From positions 209,498,001 to 209,562,000 of the forward strand of contig OZ024743.1 of the NCBI GenBank assembly GCA_964016885.1: a stretch of 64,000 bases of DNA. The letters are read 5' to 3'. The position numbers were made by a program, and so were the translations under genes. Under the pieces are notes generated by a model that was not told the origin of the DNA, did not search any database, and saw nothing but the letters and a program-made list of their open reading frames with translations. Shown here one piece after another: positions 12,401 through 28,500 of the stretch. The number at the start of each line of letters is the position of its first letter. The stretch's first letter is position 1. The DNA comes from Eledone cirrhosa (lineage: Eukaryota).

Positions 12401-15400
12401 CATGAAAGCTCTTCACTCCATAAGATATACCACAGTTTACCATCCTATAGCCAGATGAAAGCTCTTCACTCCATAAAATATACCACAGTTTACCATCCTA
12501 TAGCCACAGATGAAAGCTCTTCACTCCATAAGATATACCACTGTTTACCATCCTATGGCCACACATGAAAGCTTTTCACTCCATAAGATATACCACAGTT
12601 TACCATCCTATAGCCACACATGAAAGCTCTTCACTCCATAAGATATACCACTGTTTACCATCCTATGGCCACACATGAAAGCTCTTCACTCCATAAGATA
12701 TACCACAGTTTACCATCCTATAGCCAGATGAAAGCTCTTCACTCCATAAGATATACCACAGTTTACCACCCTATGGCCACAGATGAAAGCTCTTCACTCC
12801 ATGAGATATACCACAGTTTACCATCCTATAGCCACGCCACGGATGAAAGCTCTTCACTCCATAAGATATACCACAGTTTACAATCCTATAGCCACAGATG
12901 AAAGCTCTTCACTCAATAAGATATACCACAGTTTACCATCCTATGGCCACAGATGAAAGCTCTTCACTCCATAAGATATACCACAGTTTACCATCCTATG
13001 GCCAGAGATGAAAGCTCTTCACTCCATAAGATATACCACAGTTTACCACCCTATGGCCACAGATGAGAGCTCTTCACTCCATAAGATATACCACAGTTTA
13101 CCATCTTATAGCCGCGCCACGGATGAAAGCTCTTCACTCCATAAGATATACCACAGTTTACCATCCTATAGTCACACATGAAAGCTCTTCACTCCATAAG
13201 ATATAACACAATTTACCATCCTATAGCCAGATGAAAGTTCTTCACTCCATAAGATATACCACAGTTTACTATCCTATAGCCACAGATGAAAGCTCTTCAC
13301 TCCATAAGATATACCACAGTTTACCATCCTATAGCCACAGATGAAAGCTCTTCACTCCATAAGATATACCACAGTTTACCATCCTATAGCCACAGATGAA
13401 AGCTGTTCACTCCATAAGATATACCACAGTTTACCATCCTATAGCCACACATGAAAGCTCTTCACTCCATAAGATATACCACAGTTTACCATCCTATAGC
13501 CACACATGAAAGCTCTTCACTCCATAAAATATACCACAGTTTACCATCCCAAAGCCACAGATGAAAGCTCTTCACTCCATGAGATATACCACAGTTTACC
13601 ATCCTATAGCCACGCCACGGATGAAAGCTCTTCACTCCATAAGATATACCACAGTTTACAATCCTATAGCCACAGATGAAAGCTCTTCACTCAATAAGAT
13701 ATACCACAGTTTACAATCCTATGGCCACACATGAAAGCTCTTCACTCCATAATATATTTCACAGTTTACCATCCTATAGCCACACATAAGAGCTCTTCAC
13801 TCCATAAGATATACCACTGTTTACCATCCTATGGCCACACATGAAAGCTCTTCACTCCATAAGATATACCACTGTTTACCATCCTATGGCCACACATGAA
13901 AGCTTTTCACTCCATAAGATATACCACAGTTTACCATCCTATAGCCACACATGAAAGCTCTTCACTCCATAAGATATACCACTGTTTACCATCCTATGGC
14001 CACACATGAAAGCTCTTCACTCCATAAGATATACCACAGTTTACCATCCTATAGCCAGATGAAAGCTCTTCACTCCATAAAATATACCACAGTTTACCAT
14101 CCTATAGCCACAGATGAAAGCTCTTCACTCCATAAGATATACCACTGTTTACCATCCTATGGCCACACATGAAAGCTTTTCACTCCATAAGATATACCAC
14201 AGTTTACCATCCTATAGCCACACATGAAAGCTCTTCACTCCATAAGATATACCACTGTTTACCATCCTATGGCCACACATGAAAGCTCTTCACTCCATAA
14301 GATATACCACAGTTTACCATCCTATAGCCAGATGAAAGCTCTTCACTCCATAAGATATACCACAGTTTACCACCCTATGGCCACAGATGAAAGCTCTTCA
14401 CTCCATGAGATATACCACAGTTTACCATCCTATAGCCACGCCACGGATGAAAGCTCTTCACTCCATAAGATATACCACAGTTTACAATCCTATAGCCACA
14501 GATGAAAGCTCTTCACTCAATAAGATATACCACAGTTTACCATCCTATGGCCACAGATGAAAGCTCTTCACTCCATAAGATATACCACAGTTTACCATCC
14601 TATGGCCAGAGATGAAAGCTCTTCACTCCATAAGATATACCACAGTTTACCACCCTATGGCCACAGATGAGAGCTCTTCACTCCATAAGATATACCACAG
14701 TTTACCATCTTATAGCCACGCCACGGATGAAAGCTCTTCACTCCATAAGATATACCACAGTTTACCATCCTATAGTCACACATGAAAGCTCTTCACTCCA
14801 TAAGATATAACACAATTTACCATCCTATAGTCAGATGAAAGTTCTTCACTCCATAAGATATACCACAGTTTACTATCCTATAGCCACAGATGAAAGCTCT
14901 TCACTCCATAAGATATACCACAGTTTACCATCCTATAGCCACAGATGAAAGCTCTTCACTCCATAAGATATACCACAGTTTACCATCCTATAGCCACAGA
15001 TGAAAGCTGTTCTCTCCATAAGATATACCACAGTTTACCATCCTATAGCCACACATGAAAGCTCTTCACTCCATAAGATATACCACAGTTTACCATCCTA
15101 TAGCCACACATGAAAGCTGTTCACTCCATAAGATATACGACAGTTTACCATCCTATAGCCACAGATGAAAGCTGTTCACTCCATAAGATATACCACAGTT
15201 TACCATCCTATAGCCAGATGAAAGCTCTTCACTCCATAAGATATACCACAGCTTACCATCCTATAGCCACAGATGAAAGCTCTTCACTCCATAAGATATA
15301 GCACAGTTTACCATCCTATAGCCAGATGAATGCTCTTCACTCCATAAGATATACGACAGTTTACCATCCTATAGCCACACATGAAATCTCTTCACTCCAT

Positions 15401-17935
15401 AAGATATACCTCAGTTTATCATCCTATAGCCACAGATGAAAGCTCTTCACTCCATAAGATATACCACAGTTTACCATCCTATAGCCACACATGAAAGCTC
15501 TTCACGCCATAAGATATACCTCAGTTTACCATCCTATAGCCACAGATGAAAGCTCTTCACTCCATAAGATATACCACAGTTTACCATCCTATAGCCACAC
15601 ATGAGAGCTCTTCACACCATAAGATATACCACAGTTTACCATCCTATAGCCAGATGAAAGCTCTTCACTCCATAAAATATACCACAGTTTACCATCCTAT
15701 AGCCACACATGAAAGCTCTTCACTCCATAAGATATACCACAGTTTACCATCCTATAGCCACACATGAGAGCTCTTCACTCCATAAGATATACCACAGTTT
15801 ACCATCCTATAGCCACACATGAAAGCTCTTCACTCCATAAGATATACCACAGTTTACCATCCTATAGCCACACATGAAAGCTCTTCACTCCATAAAATAT
15901 ACCACAGTTTACCATCCTATAGCCATACATGAAAGCTCTTCACTCCATAAGATATACCACTGTTTACCATCCTATAGCCACACATGAGAGCTCTTCACTC
16001 CATAAAATATACCACAGTTTACCATCCTATAGCCACACATGAGAGCTCTTCACTCCATAAGATATACCACAGTTTACCATCATATAGCCACACATGAGAG
16101 CTCTTCACTCCATAAGATATACCACAGTTTACCATCCTATAGCCACACATGAGAGCTCTTTACTCCATAAGATATACCACAGTTTACCATCCTATAGCCA
16201 CACATGAGAGCTCTTCACTCCATAAGATATACCACAGTTTACCATGCTATGGCCACACATGAAAGCTCTTCACTCCATAAGATATACCACTGTTTACCAT
16301 CCTATGGCCACACATGAAAGCTCTTCACTCCATAAGATATACCACAGTTTACAATCCTATGGCCACACATGAAAGCTCTTCACTCCATAATATATTTCAC
16401 AGTTTACCATCCTATAGCCACACATAAGAGCTCTTCACTCCATAAGATATACCACTGTTTACCATCCTATAGCCACACATGAAAGCTCTTCACTCCATAA
16501 GATATACCACTGTTTACCATCCTATGGCCACACATGAAAGCTTTTCACTCCATAAGATATACCACAGTTTACCATCCTATAGCCACACATGAAAGCTCTT
16601 CACTCCATAAGATATACCACTGTTTACCATCCTATGGCCACACATGAAAGCTCTTCACTCCATAAGATATACCACAGTTTACCATCCTATAGCCAGATGA
16701 AAGCTCTTCACTCCATAAAATATACCACAGTTTACCATCCTATAGCCACAGATGAAAGCTCTTCACTCCATAAGATATACCACTGTTTACCATCCTATGG
16801 CCACACATGAAAGCTTTTCACTCCATAAGATATACCACAGTTTACCATCCTATAGCCACACATGAAAGCTCTTCACTCCATAAGATATACCACTGTTTAC
16901 CATCCTATGGCCACACATGAAAGCTCTTCACTCCATAAGATATACCACAGTTTACCATCCTATAGCCAGATGAAAGCTCTTCACTCCATAACATATACCA
17001 CAGTTTACCACCCTATGGCCACAGATGAAAGCTCTTCACTCCATGAGATATACCACAGTTTACCATCCTATAGCCACGCCACGGATGAAAGCTCTTCACT
17101 CCATAAGATATACCACAGTTTACAATCCTATAGCCACAGATGAAAGCTCTTCACTCAATAAGATATACCACAGTTTACCATCCTATGGCCACAGATGAAA
17201 GCTCTTCACTCCATAAGATATACCACAGTTTACCATCCTATGGCCAGAGATGAAAGCTCTTCACTCCATAAGATATACCACAGTTTACCACCCTATGGCC
17301 ACAGATGAGAGCTCTTCACTCCATAAGATATACCACAGTTTACCATCTTATAGCCACGCCACGGATGAAAGCTCTTCACTCCATAAGATATACCACAGTT
17401 TACCATCCTATAGTCACACATGAAAGCTCTTCACTCCATAAGATATAACACAATTTACCATCCTATAGCCAGATGAAAGTTCTTCACTCCATAAGATATA
17501 CCACAGTTTACTATCCTATAGCCACAGATGAAAGCTCTTCACTCCATAAGATATACCACAGTTTACCATCCTATAGCCACAGATGAAAGCTCTTCACTCC
17601 ATAAGATATACCACAGTTTACCATCCTATAGCCACAGATGAAAGCTGTTCACTCCATAAGATATACCACAGTTTACCATCCTATAGCCACACATGAAAGC
17701 TCTTCACTCCATAAGATATACCACAGTTTACCATCCTATAGCCACACATGAAAGCTCTTCACTCCATAAAATATACCACAGTTTACCATCCCAAAGCCAC
17801 AGATGAAAGCTCTTCACTCCATGAGATATACCACAGTTTACCATCCTATAGCCACGCCACGGATGAAAGCTCTTCACTCCATAAGATATACCACAGTTTA
17901 CAATCCTATAGCCACAGATGAAAGCTCTTCACTCA
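9434..17935 (+). repeat. Tandem higher-order duplication, period 4242 bp (~9434-13675 and ~13676-17917)
   Basis: ORF-track pairs share the offset 4242: 9709/13951, 9982/14224, 10868/15110, 11304/15546, 12347/16589, 12620/16862. Rare variants GCTGTTCTCTCC (~10765, ~15007) and TATAGTCAGATG (~10585, ~14827) are shared. The junction monomer at 13676 is chimeric. Confidence 0.9.
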
Positions 17936-20900
17936 ATAAGATATACCACAGTTTACCATCCTATTGCCACAGATGAAAGCTCTTCACTCCATAAGATATA
18001 CCACAGTTTACCATCCTATGGCCACAGATGAAAGCTCTTCACTCCATAAGATATACCACAGTTTACCACCCTATGGCCACAGATGAAAGCTCTTCACTCC
18101 ATAAGATATACCACAGTTTACCATCTTATAGCCACACCACGGATGAAAGCTCTTCACTCCATAAGATATACCACAGTTTACCATCCTATAGCCACACATG
18201 AAAGCTCTTCACTGCATAAAATATACCACAGTTTACCATCCTATAGCCACACATGAAAGCTCTTCACTCAATAAAATATACCACAGTTTACCATCCTATA
18301 GCCATACATGAAAGCTCTTCACTCCATAAGATATACCACTTTTTACCATCCTATAGCCACACATGAGAGCTCTTCACTCCATAAGATATACCACAGTTTA
18401 CCATACTATAGCCACACATGAGAGCTCTTCACTCCATAAGATATACCACAGTTTACCATCCTATAGCCACACATGAGAGCTCTTTACTCCATAAGATATA
18501 CCACAGTTTACCATCCTATAGCCACACATGAGAGCTCTTAACTCCATAAGATATACCACAGTTTACCATGCTATGGCCACACATGAAAGCTCTTCACGCC
18601 ATAAGATATACCACTGTTTACCATCCTATGGCCACACATGAAAGCTCTTCACTCCATACGATATACCACACTTTACAATCCTATGGCCACACATGAAAGC
18701 TCTTCACTCCATAATATATTCCACAGTTTACCATCCTATAGCCACACATGAGAGCTCTTCACTCCATAAGATATACCACTGTTTACCATCCTATGGCCAC
18801 ACATGAAAGCTTTTCACTCCATAACATATACCACAGTTTACCATCCTATAGCCACACATGAAAGCTCTTCACTCCATAAGATATACGACTGTTTACCATC
18901 ATATGGCCACACATGAAAGCTCTTCACTCCATAAGATATACCACAGTTTACCATCCTATAGCCAGATGAAAGCTCTTCACTCCATAAAATATACCACAGT
19001 TTACCATCCTATAGCCACAGATGAAAGCTCTTCACTCCATAAGATATACCACAGTTTACCATCCTATAGCCAGATGAAAGCTCTTCACTCCATAAGATAT
19101 ACCACAGTTTACCACCCTATGGCCACAGATGAAAGCTCTTCACTCCATAAGATATACCACAGTTTACCATCCTATAGCCACGCCACGGATGAAAGCTCTT
19201 CACTCCATAAGATATACCACAGTTTACAATCCTATAGCCACAGATGAAAGCTCTTCACTCAATAAGATATACCACATTTTACCATCCTATGGCCACAGAT
19301 GAAAGCTCTTCACTCCATAAGATATACCACAGTTTACCATCCTATGGCCACAGATGAAAGCTCTTCACTCCATAAGATATACCACTGTTTACCATCCTAT
19401 GGCCACACATGAAAGCTCTTCACTCCATAAGATATACCACAGCTTACCATCCTATAGCCAGATGAAAGCTCTTCACTCCATAAAATATACCACAGTTTAC
19501 CATCCTATAGCCACACATGAAAGCTCTTCACTCCATAAGATATACCACAGTTTACCATCATATTGCCAGATGAAAGTTCTTCACTCCATAAGATATACCA
19601 CAGTTTACCACCCTATGGCCACAGATGAAAGCTCTTCACTCCATGAGATATACCACAGTTTACCATCCTATAGCCACGCCACGGATGAAAGCTCTTCACT
19701 CCATAAGATATACCACAGTTTACCATCCTATAGTCACACATGAAAGCTCTTCACTCCATAAGATATAACACAGTTTACCATCCTATAGCCAGATGAAAGT
19801 TCTTCACTCCATAAGATATACCACAGTTTACTATCCTATAGCCACAGATGAAAGCTCTTCACTCCATAAGATATACCACAGTTTACCATCCTATAGCCAC
19901 AGATGAAAGCTCTTCACTCCATAAGATATACCACTGTTTACCATCCTATGGCCACACATGAAAGCTCTTCACTCCATAAGATATACCACAGTTTACCATC
20001 CTATAGCCAGATGAAAGCTCTTCACTCCATAAGATATACCACAGTTTACCACCCTATGGCCACAGATGAAAGCTCTTCACTCCATGAGATATACCACAGT
20101 TTACCATCCTATAGCCACGCCACGGATGAAAGCTCTTCACTCCATAAGATATACCACAGTTTACAATCCTATAGCCACAGATGAAAGCTCTTCACTCAAT
20201 AAGATATACCACAGTTTACCATCCTATGGCCACAGATGAAAGCTCTTCACTCCATAAGATATACCACAGTTTACCATCCTATGGCCAGAGATGAAAGCTC
20301 TTCACTCCATAAGATATACCACAGTTTACCACCCTATGGCCACAGATGAGAGCTCTTCACTCCATAAGATATACCACAGTTTACCATCTTATAGCCACGC
20401 CACGGATGAAAGCTCTTCACTCCATAAGATATACCACAGTTTACCATCCTATAGTCACACATGAAAGCTCTTCACTCCATAAGATATAACACAATTTACC
20501 ATCCTATAGTCAGATGAAAGTTCTTCACTCCATAAGATATACCACAGTTTACTATCCTATAGCCACAGATGAAAGCTCTTCACTCCATAAGATATACCAC
20601 AGTTTACCATCCTATAGCCACAGATGAAAGCTCTTCACTCCATAAGATATACCACAGTTTACCATCCTATAGCCACAGATGAAAGCTGTTCTCTCCATAA
20701 GATATACCACAGTTTACCATCCTATAGCCACACATGAAAGCTCTTCACTCCATAAGATATACCACAGTTTACCATCCTATAGCCACACATGAAAGCTGTT
20801 CACTCCATAAGATATACGACAGTTTACCATCCTATAGCCACAGATGAAAGCTGTTCACTCCATAAGATATACCACAGTTTACCATCCTATAGCCAGATGA

Positions 20901-23900
20901 AAGCTCTTCACTCCATAAGATATACCACAGCTTACCATCCTATAGCCACAGATGAAAGCTCTTCACTCCATAAGATATAGCACAGTTTACCATCCTATAG
21001 CCAGATGAATGCTCTTCACTCCATAAGATATACGACAGTTTACCATCCTATAGCCACACATGAAATCTCTTCACTCCATAAGATATACCTCAGTTTATCA
21101 TCCTATAGCCACAGATGAAAGCTCTTCACTCCATAAGATATACCACAGTTTACCATCCTATAGCCACACATGAAAGCTCTTCACGCCATAAGATATACCT
21201 CAGTTTACCATCCTATAGCCACAGATGAAAGCTCTTCACTCCATAAGATATACCACAGTTTACCATCCTATAGCCACACATGAGAGCTCTTCACACCATA
21301 AGATATACCACAGTTTACCATCCTATAGCCAGATGAAAGCTCTTCACTCCATAAAATATACCACAGTTTACCATCCTATAGCCACACATGAAAGCTCTTC
21401 ACTCCATAAGATATACCACAGTTTACCATCCTATAGCCACACATGAGAGCTCTTCACTCCATAAGATATACCACAGTTTACCATCCTATAGCCACACATG
21501 AAAGCTCTTCACTCCATAAGATATACCACAGTTTACCATCCTATAGCCACACATGAAAGCTCTTCACTCCATAAAATATACCACAGTTTACCATCCTATA
21601 GCCATACATGAAAGCTCTTCACTCCATAAGATATACCACTGTTTACCATCCTATAGCCACACATGAGAGCTCTTCACTCCATAAAATATACCACAGTTTA
21701 CCATCCTATAGCCACACATGAGAGCTCTTCACTCCATAAGATATACCACAGTTTACCATCATATAGCCACACATGAGAGCTCTTCACTCCATAAGATATA
21801 CCACAGTTTACCATCCTATAGCCACACATGAGAGCTCTTTACTCTATAAGATATACCACAGTTTACCATCCTATAGCCACACATGAGAGCTCTTCACTCC
21901 ATAAGATATACCACAGTTTACCATGCTATGGCCACACATGAAAGCTCTTCACTCCATAAGATATACCACTGTTTACCATCCTATGGCCACACATGAAAGC
22001 TCTTCACTCCATAAGATATACCACAGTTTACAATCCTATGGCCACACATGAAAGCTCTTCACTCCATAATATATTTCACAGTTTACCATCCTATAGCCAC
22101 ACATAAGAGCTCTTCACTCCATAAGATATACCACTGTTTACCATCCTATGGCCACACATGAAAGCTCTTCACTCCATAAGATATACCACTGTTTACCATC
22201 CTATGGCCACACATGAAAGCTTTTCACTCCATAAGATATACCACAGTTTACCATCCTATAGCCACACATGAAAGCTCTTCACTCCATAAGATATACCACT
22301 GTTTACCATCCTATGGCCACACATGAAAGCTCTTCACTCCATAAGATATACCACAGTTTACCATCCTATAGCCAGATGAAAGCTCTTCACTCCATAAAAT
22401 ATACCACAGTTTACCATCCTATAGCCACAGATGAAAGCTCTTCACTCCATAAGATATACCACTGTTTACCATCCTATGGCCACACATGAAAGCTTTTCAC
22501 TCCATAAGATATACCACAGTTTACCATCCTATAGCCACACATGAAAGCTCTTCACTCCATAAGATATACCACTGTTTACCATCCTATGGCCACACATGAA
22601 AGCTCTTCACTCCATAAGATATACCACAGTTTACCATCCTATAGCCAGATGAAAGCTCTTCACTCCATAAGATATACCACAGTTTACCACCCTATGGCCA
22701 CAGATGAAAGCTCTTCACTCCATGAGATATACCACAGTTTACCATCCTATAGCCACGCCACGGATGAAAGCTCTTCACTCCATAAGATATACCACAGTTT
22801 ACAATCCTATAGCCACAGATGAAAGCTCTTCACTCAATAAGATATACCACAGTTTACCATCCTATGGCCACAGATGAAAGCTCTTCACTCCATAAGATAT
22901 ACCACAGTTTACCATCCTATGGCCAGAGATGAAAGCTCTTCACTCCATAAGATATACCACAGTTTACCACCCTATGGCCACAGATGAGAGCTCTTCACTC
23001 CATAAGATATACCACAGTTTACCATCTTATAGCCACGCCACGGATGAAAGCTCTTCACTCCATAAGATATACCACAGTTTACCATCCTATAGTCACACAT
23101 GAAAGCTCTTCACTCCATAAGATATAACACAATTTACCATCCTATAGCCAGATGAAAGTTCTTCACTCCATAAGATATACCACAGTTTACTATCCTATAG
23201 CCACAGATGAAAGCTCTTCACTCCATAAGATATACCACAGTTTACCATCCTATAGCCACAGATGAAAGCTCTTCACTCCATAAGATATACCACAGTTTAC
23301 CATCCTATAGCCACAGATGAAAGCTGTTCACTCCATAAGATATACCACAGTTTACCATCCTATAGCCACACATGAAAGCTCTTCACTCCATAAGATATAC
23401 CACAGTTTACCATCCTATAGCCACACATGAAAGCTCTTCACTCCATAAAATATACCACAGTTTACCATCCCAAAGCCACAGATGAAAGCTCTTCACTCCA
23501 TGAGATATACCACAGTTTACCATCCTATAGCCACGCCACGGATGAAAGCTCTTCACTCCATAAGATATACCACAGTTTACAATCCTATAGCCACAGATGA
23601 AAGCTCTTCACTCAATAAGATATACCACAGTTTACCATCCTATTGCCACAGATGAAAGCTCTTCACTCCATAAGATATACCACAGTTTACCATCCTATGG
23701 CCACAGATGAAAGCTCTTCACTCCATAAGATATACCACAGTTTACCACCCTATGGCCACAGATGAAAGCTCTTCACTCCATAAGATATACCACAGTTTAC
23801 CATCTTATAGCCACACCACGGATGAAAGCTCTTCACTCCATAAGATATACCACAGTTTACCATCCTATAGCCACACATGAAAGCTCTTCACTGCATAAAA

Positions 23901-25581
23901 TATACCACAGTTTACCATCCTATAGCCACACATGAAAGCTCTTCACTCAATAAAATATACCACAGTTTACCATCCTATAGCCATACATGAAAGCTCTTCA
24001 CTCCATAAGATATACCACTTTTTACCATCCTATAGCCACACATGAGAGCTCTTCACTCCATAAGATATACCACAGTTTACCATACTATAGCCACACATGA
24101 GAGCTCTTCACTCCATAAGATATACCACAGTTTACCATCCTATAGCCACACATGAGAGCTCTTTACTCCATAAGATATACCACAGTTTACCATCCTATAG
24201 CCACACATGAGAGCTCTTAACTCCATAAGATATACCACAGTTTACCATGCTATGGCCACACATGAAAGCTCTTCACTCCATAAGATATACCACTGTTTAC
24301 CATCCTATGGCCACACATGAAAGCTCTTCACTCCATACGATATACCACACTTTACAATCCTATGGCCACACATGAAAGCTCTTCACTCCATAATATATTC
24401 CACAGTTTACCATCCTATAGCCACACATGAGAGCTCTTCACTCCATAAGATATACCACTGTTTACCATCCTATGGCCACACATGAAAGCTTTTCACTCCA
24501 TAACATATACCACAGTTTACCATCCTATAGCCACACATGAAAGCTCTTCACTCCATAAGATATACGACTGTTTACCATCATATGGCCACACATGAAAGCT
24601 CTTCACTCCATAAGATATACCACAGTTTACCATCCTATAGCCAGATGAAAGCTCTTCACTCCATAAAATATACCACAGTTTACCATCCTATAGCCACAGA
24701 TGAAAGCTCTTCACTCCATAAGATATACCACAGTTTACCATCCTATAGCCAGATGAAAGCTCTTCACTCCATAAGATATACCACAGTTTACCACCCTATG
24801 GCCACAGATGAAAGCTCTTCACTCCATAAGATATACCACAGTTTACCATCCTATAGCCACGCCACGGATGAAAGCTCTTCACTCCATAAGATATACCACA
24901 GTTTACAATCCTATAGCCACAGATGAAAGCTCTTCACTCAATAAGATATACCACATTTTACCATCCTATGGCCACAGATGAAAGCTCTTCACTCCATAAG
25001 ATATACCACAGTTTACCATCCTATGGCCACAGATGAAAGCTCTTCACTCCATAAGATATACCACTGTTTACCATCCTATGGCCACACATGAAAGCTCTTC
25101 ACTCCATAAGATATACCACAGCTTACCATCCTATAGCCAGATGAAAGCTCTTCACTCCATAAAATATACCACAGTTTACCATCCTATAGCCACACATGAA
25201 AGCTCTTCACTCCATAAGATATACCACAGTTTACCATCATATTGCCAGATGAAAGTTCTTCACTCCATAAGATATACCACAGTTTACCACCCTATGGCCA
25301 CAGATGAAAGCTCTTCACTCCATGAGATATACCACAGTTTACCATCCTATAGCCACGCCACGGATGAAAGCTCTTCACTCCATAAGATATACCACAGTTT
25401 ACCATCCTATAGTCACACATGAAAGCTCTTCACTCCATAAGATATAACACAGTTTACCATCCTATAGCCAGATGAAAGTTCTTCACTCCATAAGATATAC
25501 CACAGTTTACTATCCTATAGCCACAGATGAAAGCTCTTCACTCCATAAGATATACCACAGTTTACCATCCTATAGCCACAG
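14224..25581 (+). repeat. Tandem higher-order duplication, period 5679 bp (~14224-19902 and ~19903-25581)
   Basis: Constant offset 5679 for ORF pairs 14224/19903, 15110/20789, 15546/21225, 16589/22268, 16862/22541, 18858/24537, 19354/25033, with the same order of rare variants. Confidence 0.9.
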
Positions 25582-28500
25582 ATGAAAGCTCTTCACTCCA
25601 TAAGATATACCACAGTTTACCATCCTATAGCCACAGATGAAAGCTGTTCACTCCATAAGATATACCACAGTTTACCATCCTATAGCCACACATGAAAGCT
25701 CTTCACTCCATAAGATATACCACAGTTTACCATCCTATAGCCACAGATGAAAGCTGTTCACTCCATAAGATATACGACAGTTTACCATCCTATAGCCACA
25801 GATGAAAGCTGCTCACTCCATAAGATATACCACAGTTTACCATTCTATAGCCACACATGAGAGCTCTTCACTCCATAAGATATACCACAGTTTACCATGC
25901 TATGGCCACACATGAAAGCTCTTCACTCCATAAGATATACCACTGTTTACCATCCTATGGCCACACATGAAAGCTCTTCACTCCATAAGATATACCACAG
26001 TTTACAATCCTATGGCCACACATGAAAGCTCTTCACTCCATAATATATTTCACAGTTTACCATCCTATAGCCACACATAAGAGCTCTTCACTCCATAAGA
26101 TATACCACTGTTTACCATCCTATGGCCACACATGAAAGCTCTTCACTCCATAAGATATACCACTGTTTACCATCCTATGGCCACACATGAAAGCTTTTCA
26201 CTCCATAAGATATACCACAGTTTACCATCCTATAGCCACACATGAAAGCTCTTCACTCCATAAGATATACCACTGTTTACCATCCTATGGCCACACATGA
26301 AAGCTCTTCACTCCATAAGATATACCACAGTTTACCATCCTATAGCCAGATGAAAGCTCTTCACTCCATAAAATATACCACAGTTTACCATCCTATAGCC
26401 ACAGATGAAAGCTCTTCACTCCATATGATATACCACTGTTTACCATCCTATGGCCACACATGAAAGCTTTTCACTCCATAAGATATACCACAGTTTACCA
26501 TCCTATAGCCACACATGAAAGCTCTTCACTCCATAAGATATACCACTGTTTACCATCCTATGGCCACACATGAAAGCTCTTCACTCCATAAGATATACCA
26601 CAGTTTACCATCCTATAGCCAGATGAAAGCTCTTCACTCCATAAGATATACCACAGTTTACCACCCTATGGCCACAGATGAAAGCTCTTCACTCCATGAG
26701 ATATACCACAGTTTACCATCCTATAGCCACGCCACGGATGAAAGCTCTTCACTCCATAAGATATACCACAGTTTACAATCCTATAGCCACAGATGAAAGC
26801 TCTTCACTCAATAAGATATACCACAGTTTACCATCCTATGGCCACAGATGAAAGCTCTTCACTCCATAAGATATACCACAGTTTACCATCCTATAGTCAC
26901 ACATGAAAGCTCTTCACTCCATAAGATATAACACAATTTACCATCCTATAGCCAGATGAAAGTTCTTCACTCCATAAGATATACCACAGTTTACTATCCT
27001 ATAGCCACAGATGAAAGCTCTTCACTCCATAAGATATACCACAGTTTACCATCCTATAGCCACAGATGAAAGCTCTTCACTCCATAAGATATACCACAGT
27101 TTACCATCCTATAGCCACAGATGAAAGCTGTTCACTCCATAAGATATACCACAGTTTACCATCCTATAGCCACACATGAAAGCTCTTCACTCCATAAGAT
27201 ATACCACAGTTTACCATCCTATAGCCACACATGAAAGCTGTTCACTCCATAAGATATACGACAGTTTACCATCCTATAGCCACAGATGAAAGCTGTTCAC
27301 TCCATAAGATATACCACAGTTTACCATCCTATAGCCAGATGAAAGCTCTTCACTCCATAAGATATACCACAGCTTACCATCCTATAGCCACAGATGAAAG
27401 CTGTTCACTCCATAAGATATACCACAGTTTACCATCCTATAGCCAGATGAAAGCTCTTCACTCCATAAGATATATCACAGTTTACCATCCTATAGCCACA
27501 GATGAAAGCTCTTCACTCCATAAGATATACCACTGTTTACCATCCTATGGCCACACATGAAAGCTCTTCACTCCATAAGATATACCACTGTTTACCATCC
27601 TATGGCCACACATGAAAGCTTTTCACTCCATAAGATATACCACAGTTTACCATCCTATAGCCACACATGAAAGCTCTTCACTCCATAAGATATACCACTG
27701 TTTACCATCCTATGGCCACACATGAAAGCTCTTCACTCCATAAGATATACCACAGTTTACCATCCTATAGCCAGATGAAAGCTCTTCACTCCATAAAATA
27801 TACCACAGTTTACCATCCTATAGCCACAGATGAAAGCTCTTCACTCCATAAGATATACCACTGTTTACCATCCTATGGCCACACATGAAAGCTTTTCACT
27901 CCATAAGATATACCACAGTTTACCATCCTATAGCCACACATGAAAGCTCTTCACTCCATAAGATATACCACTGTTTACCATCCTATGGCCACACATGAAA
28001 GCTCTTCACTCCATAAGATATACCACAGTTTACCATCCTATAGCCAGATGAAAGCTCTTCACTCCATAAGATATACCACAGTTTACCACCCTATGGCCAC
28101 AGATGAAAGCTCTTCACTCCATGAGATATACCACAGTTTACCATCCTATAGCCACGCCACGGATGAAAGCTCTTCACTCCATAAGATATACCACAGTTTA
28201 CAATCCTATAGCCACAGATGAAAGCTCTTCACTCAATAAGATATACCACAGTTTACCATCCTATGGCCACAGATGAAAGCTCTTCACTCCATAAGATATA
28301 CCACAGTTTACCATCCTATGGCCAGAAATGAAAGCTCTTCACTCCATAAGATATACCACAGTTTACCACCCTATGGCCACAGATGAGAGCTCTTCACTCC
28401 ATAAGATATACCACAGTTTACCATCTTATAGCCACGCCACGGATGAAAGCTCTTCACTCCATAAGATATACCACAGTTTACCATCCTATAGTCACACATG

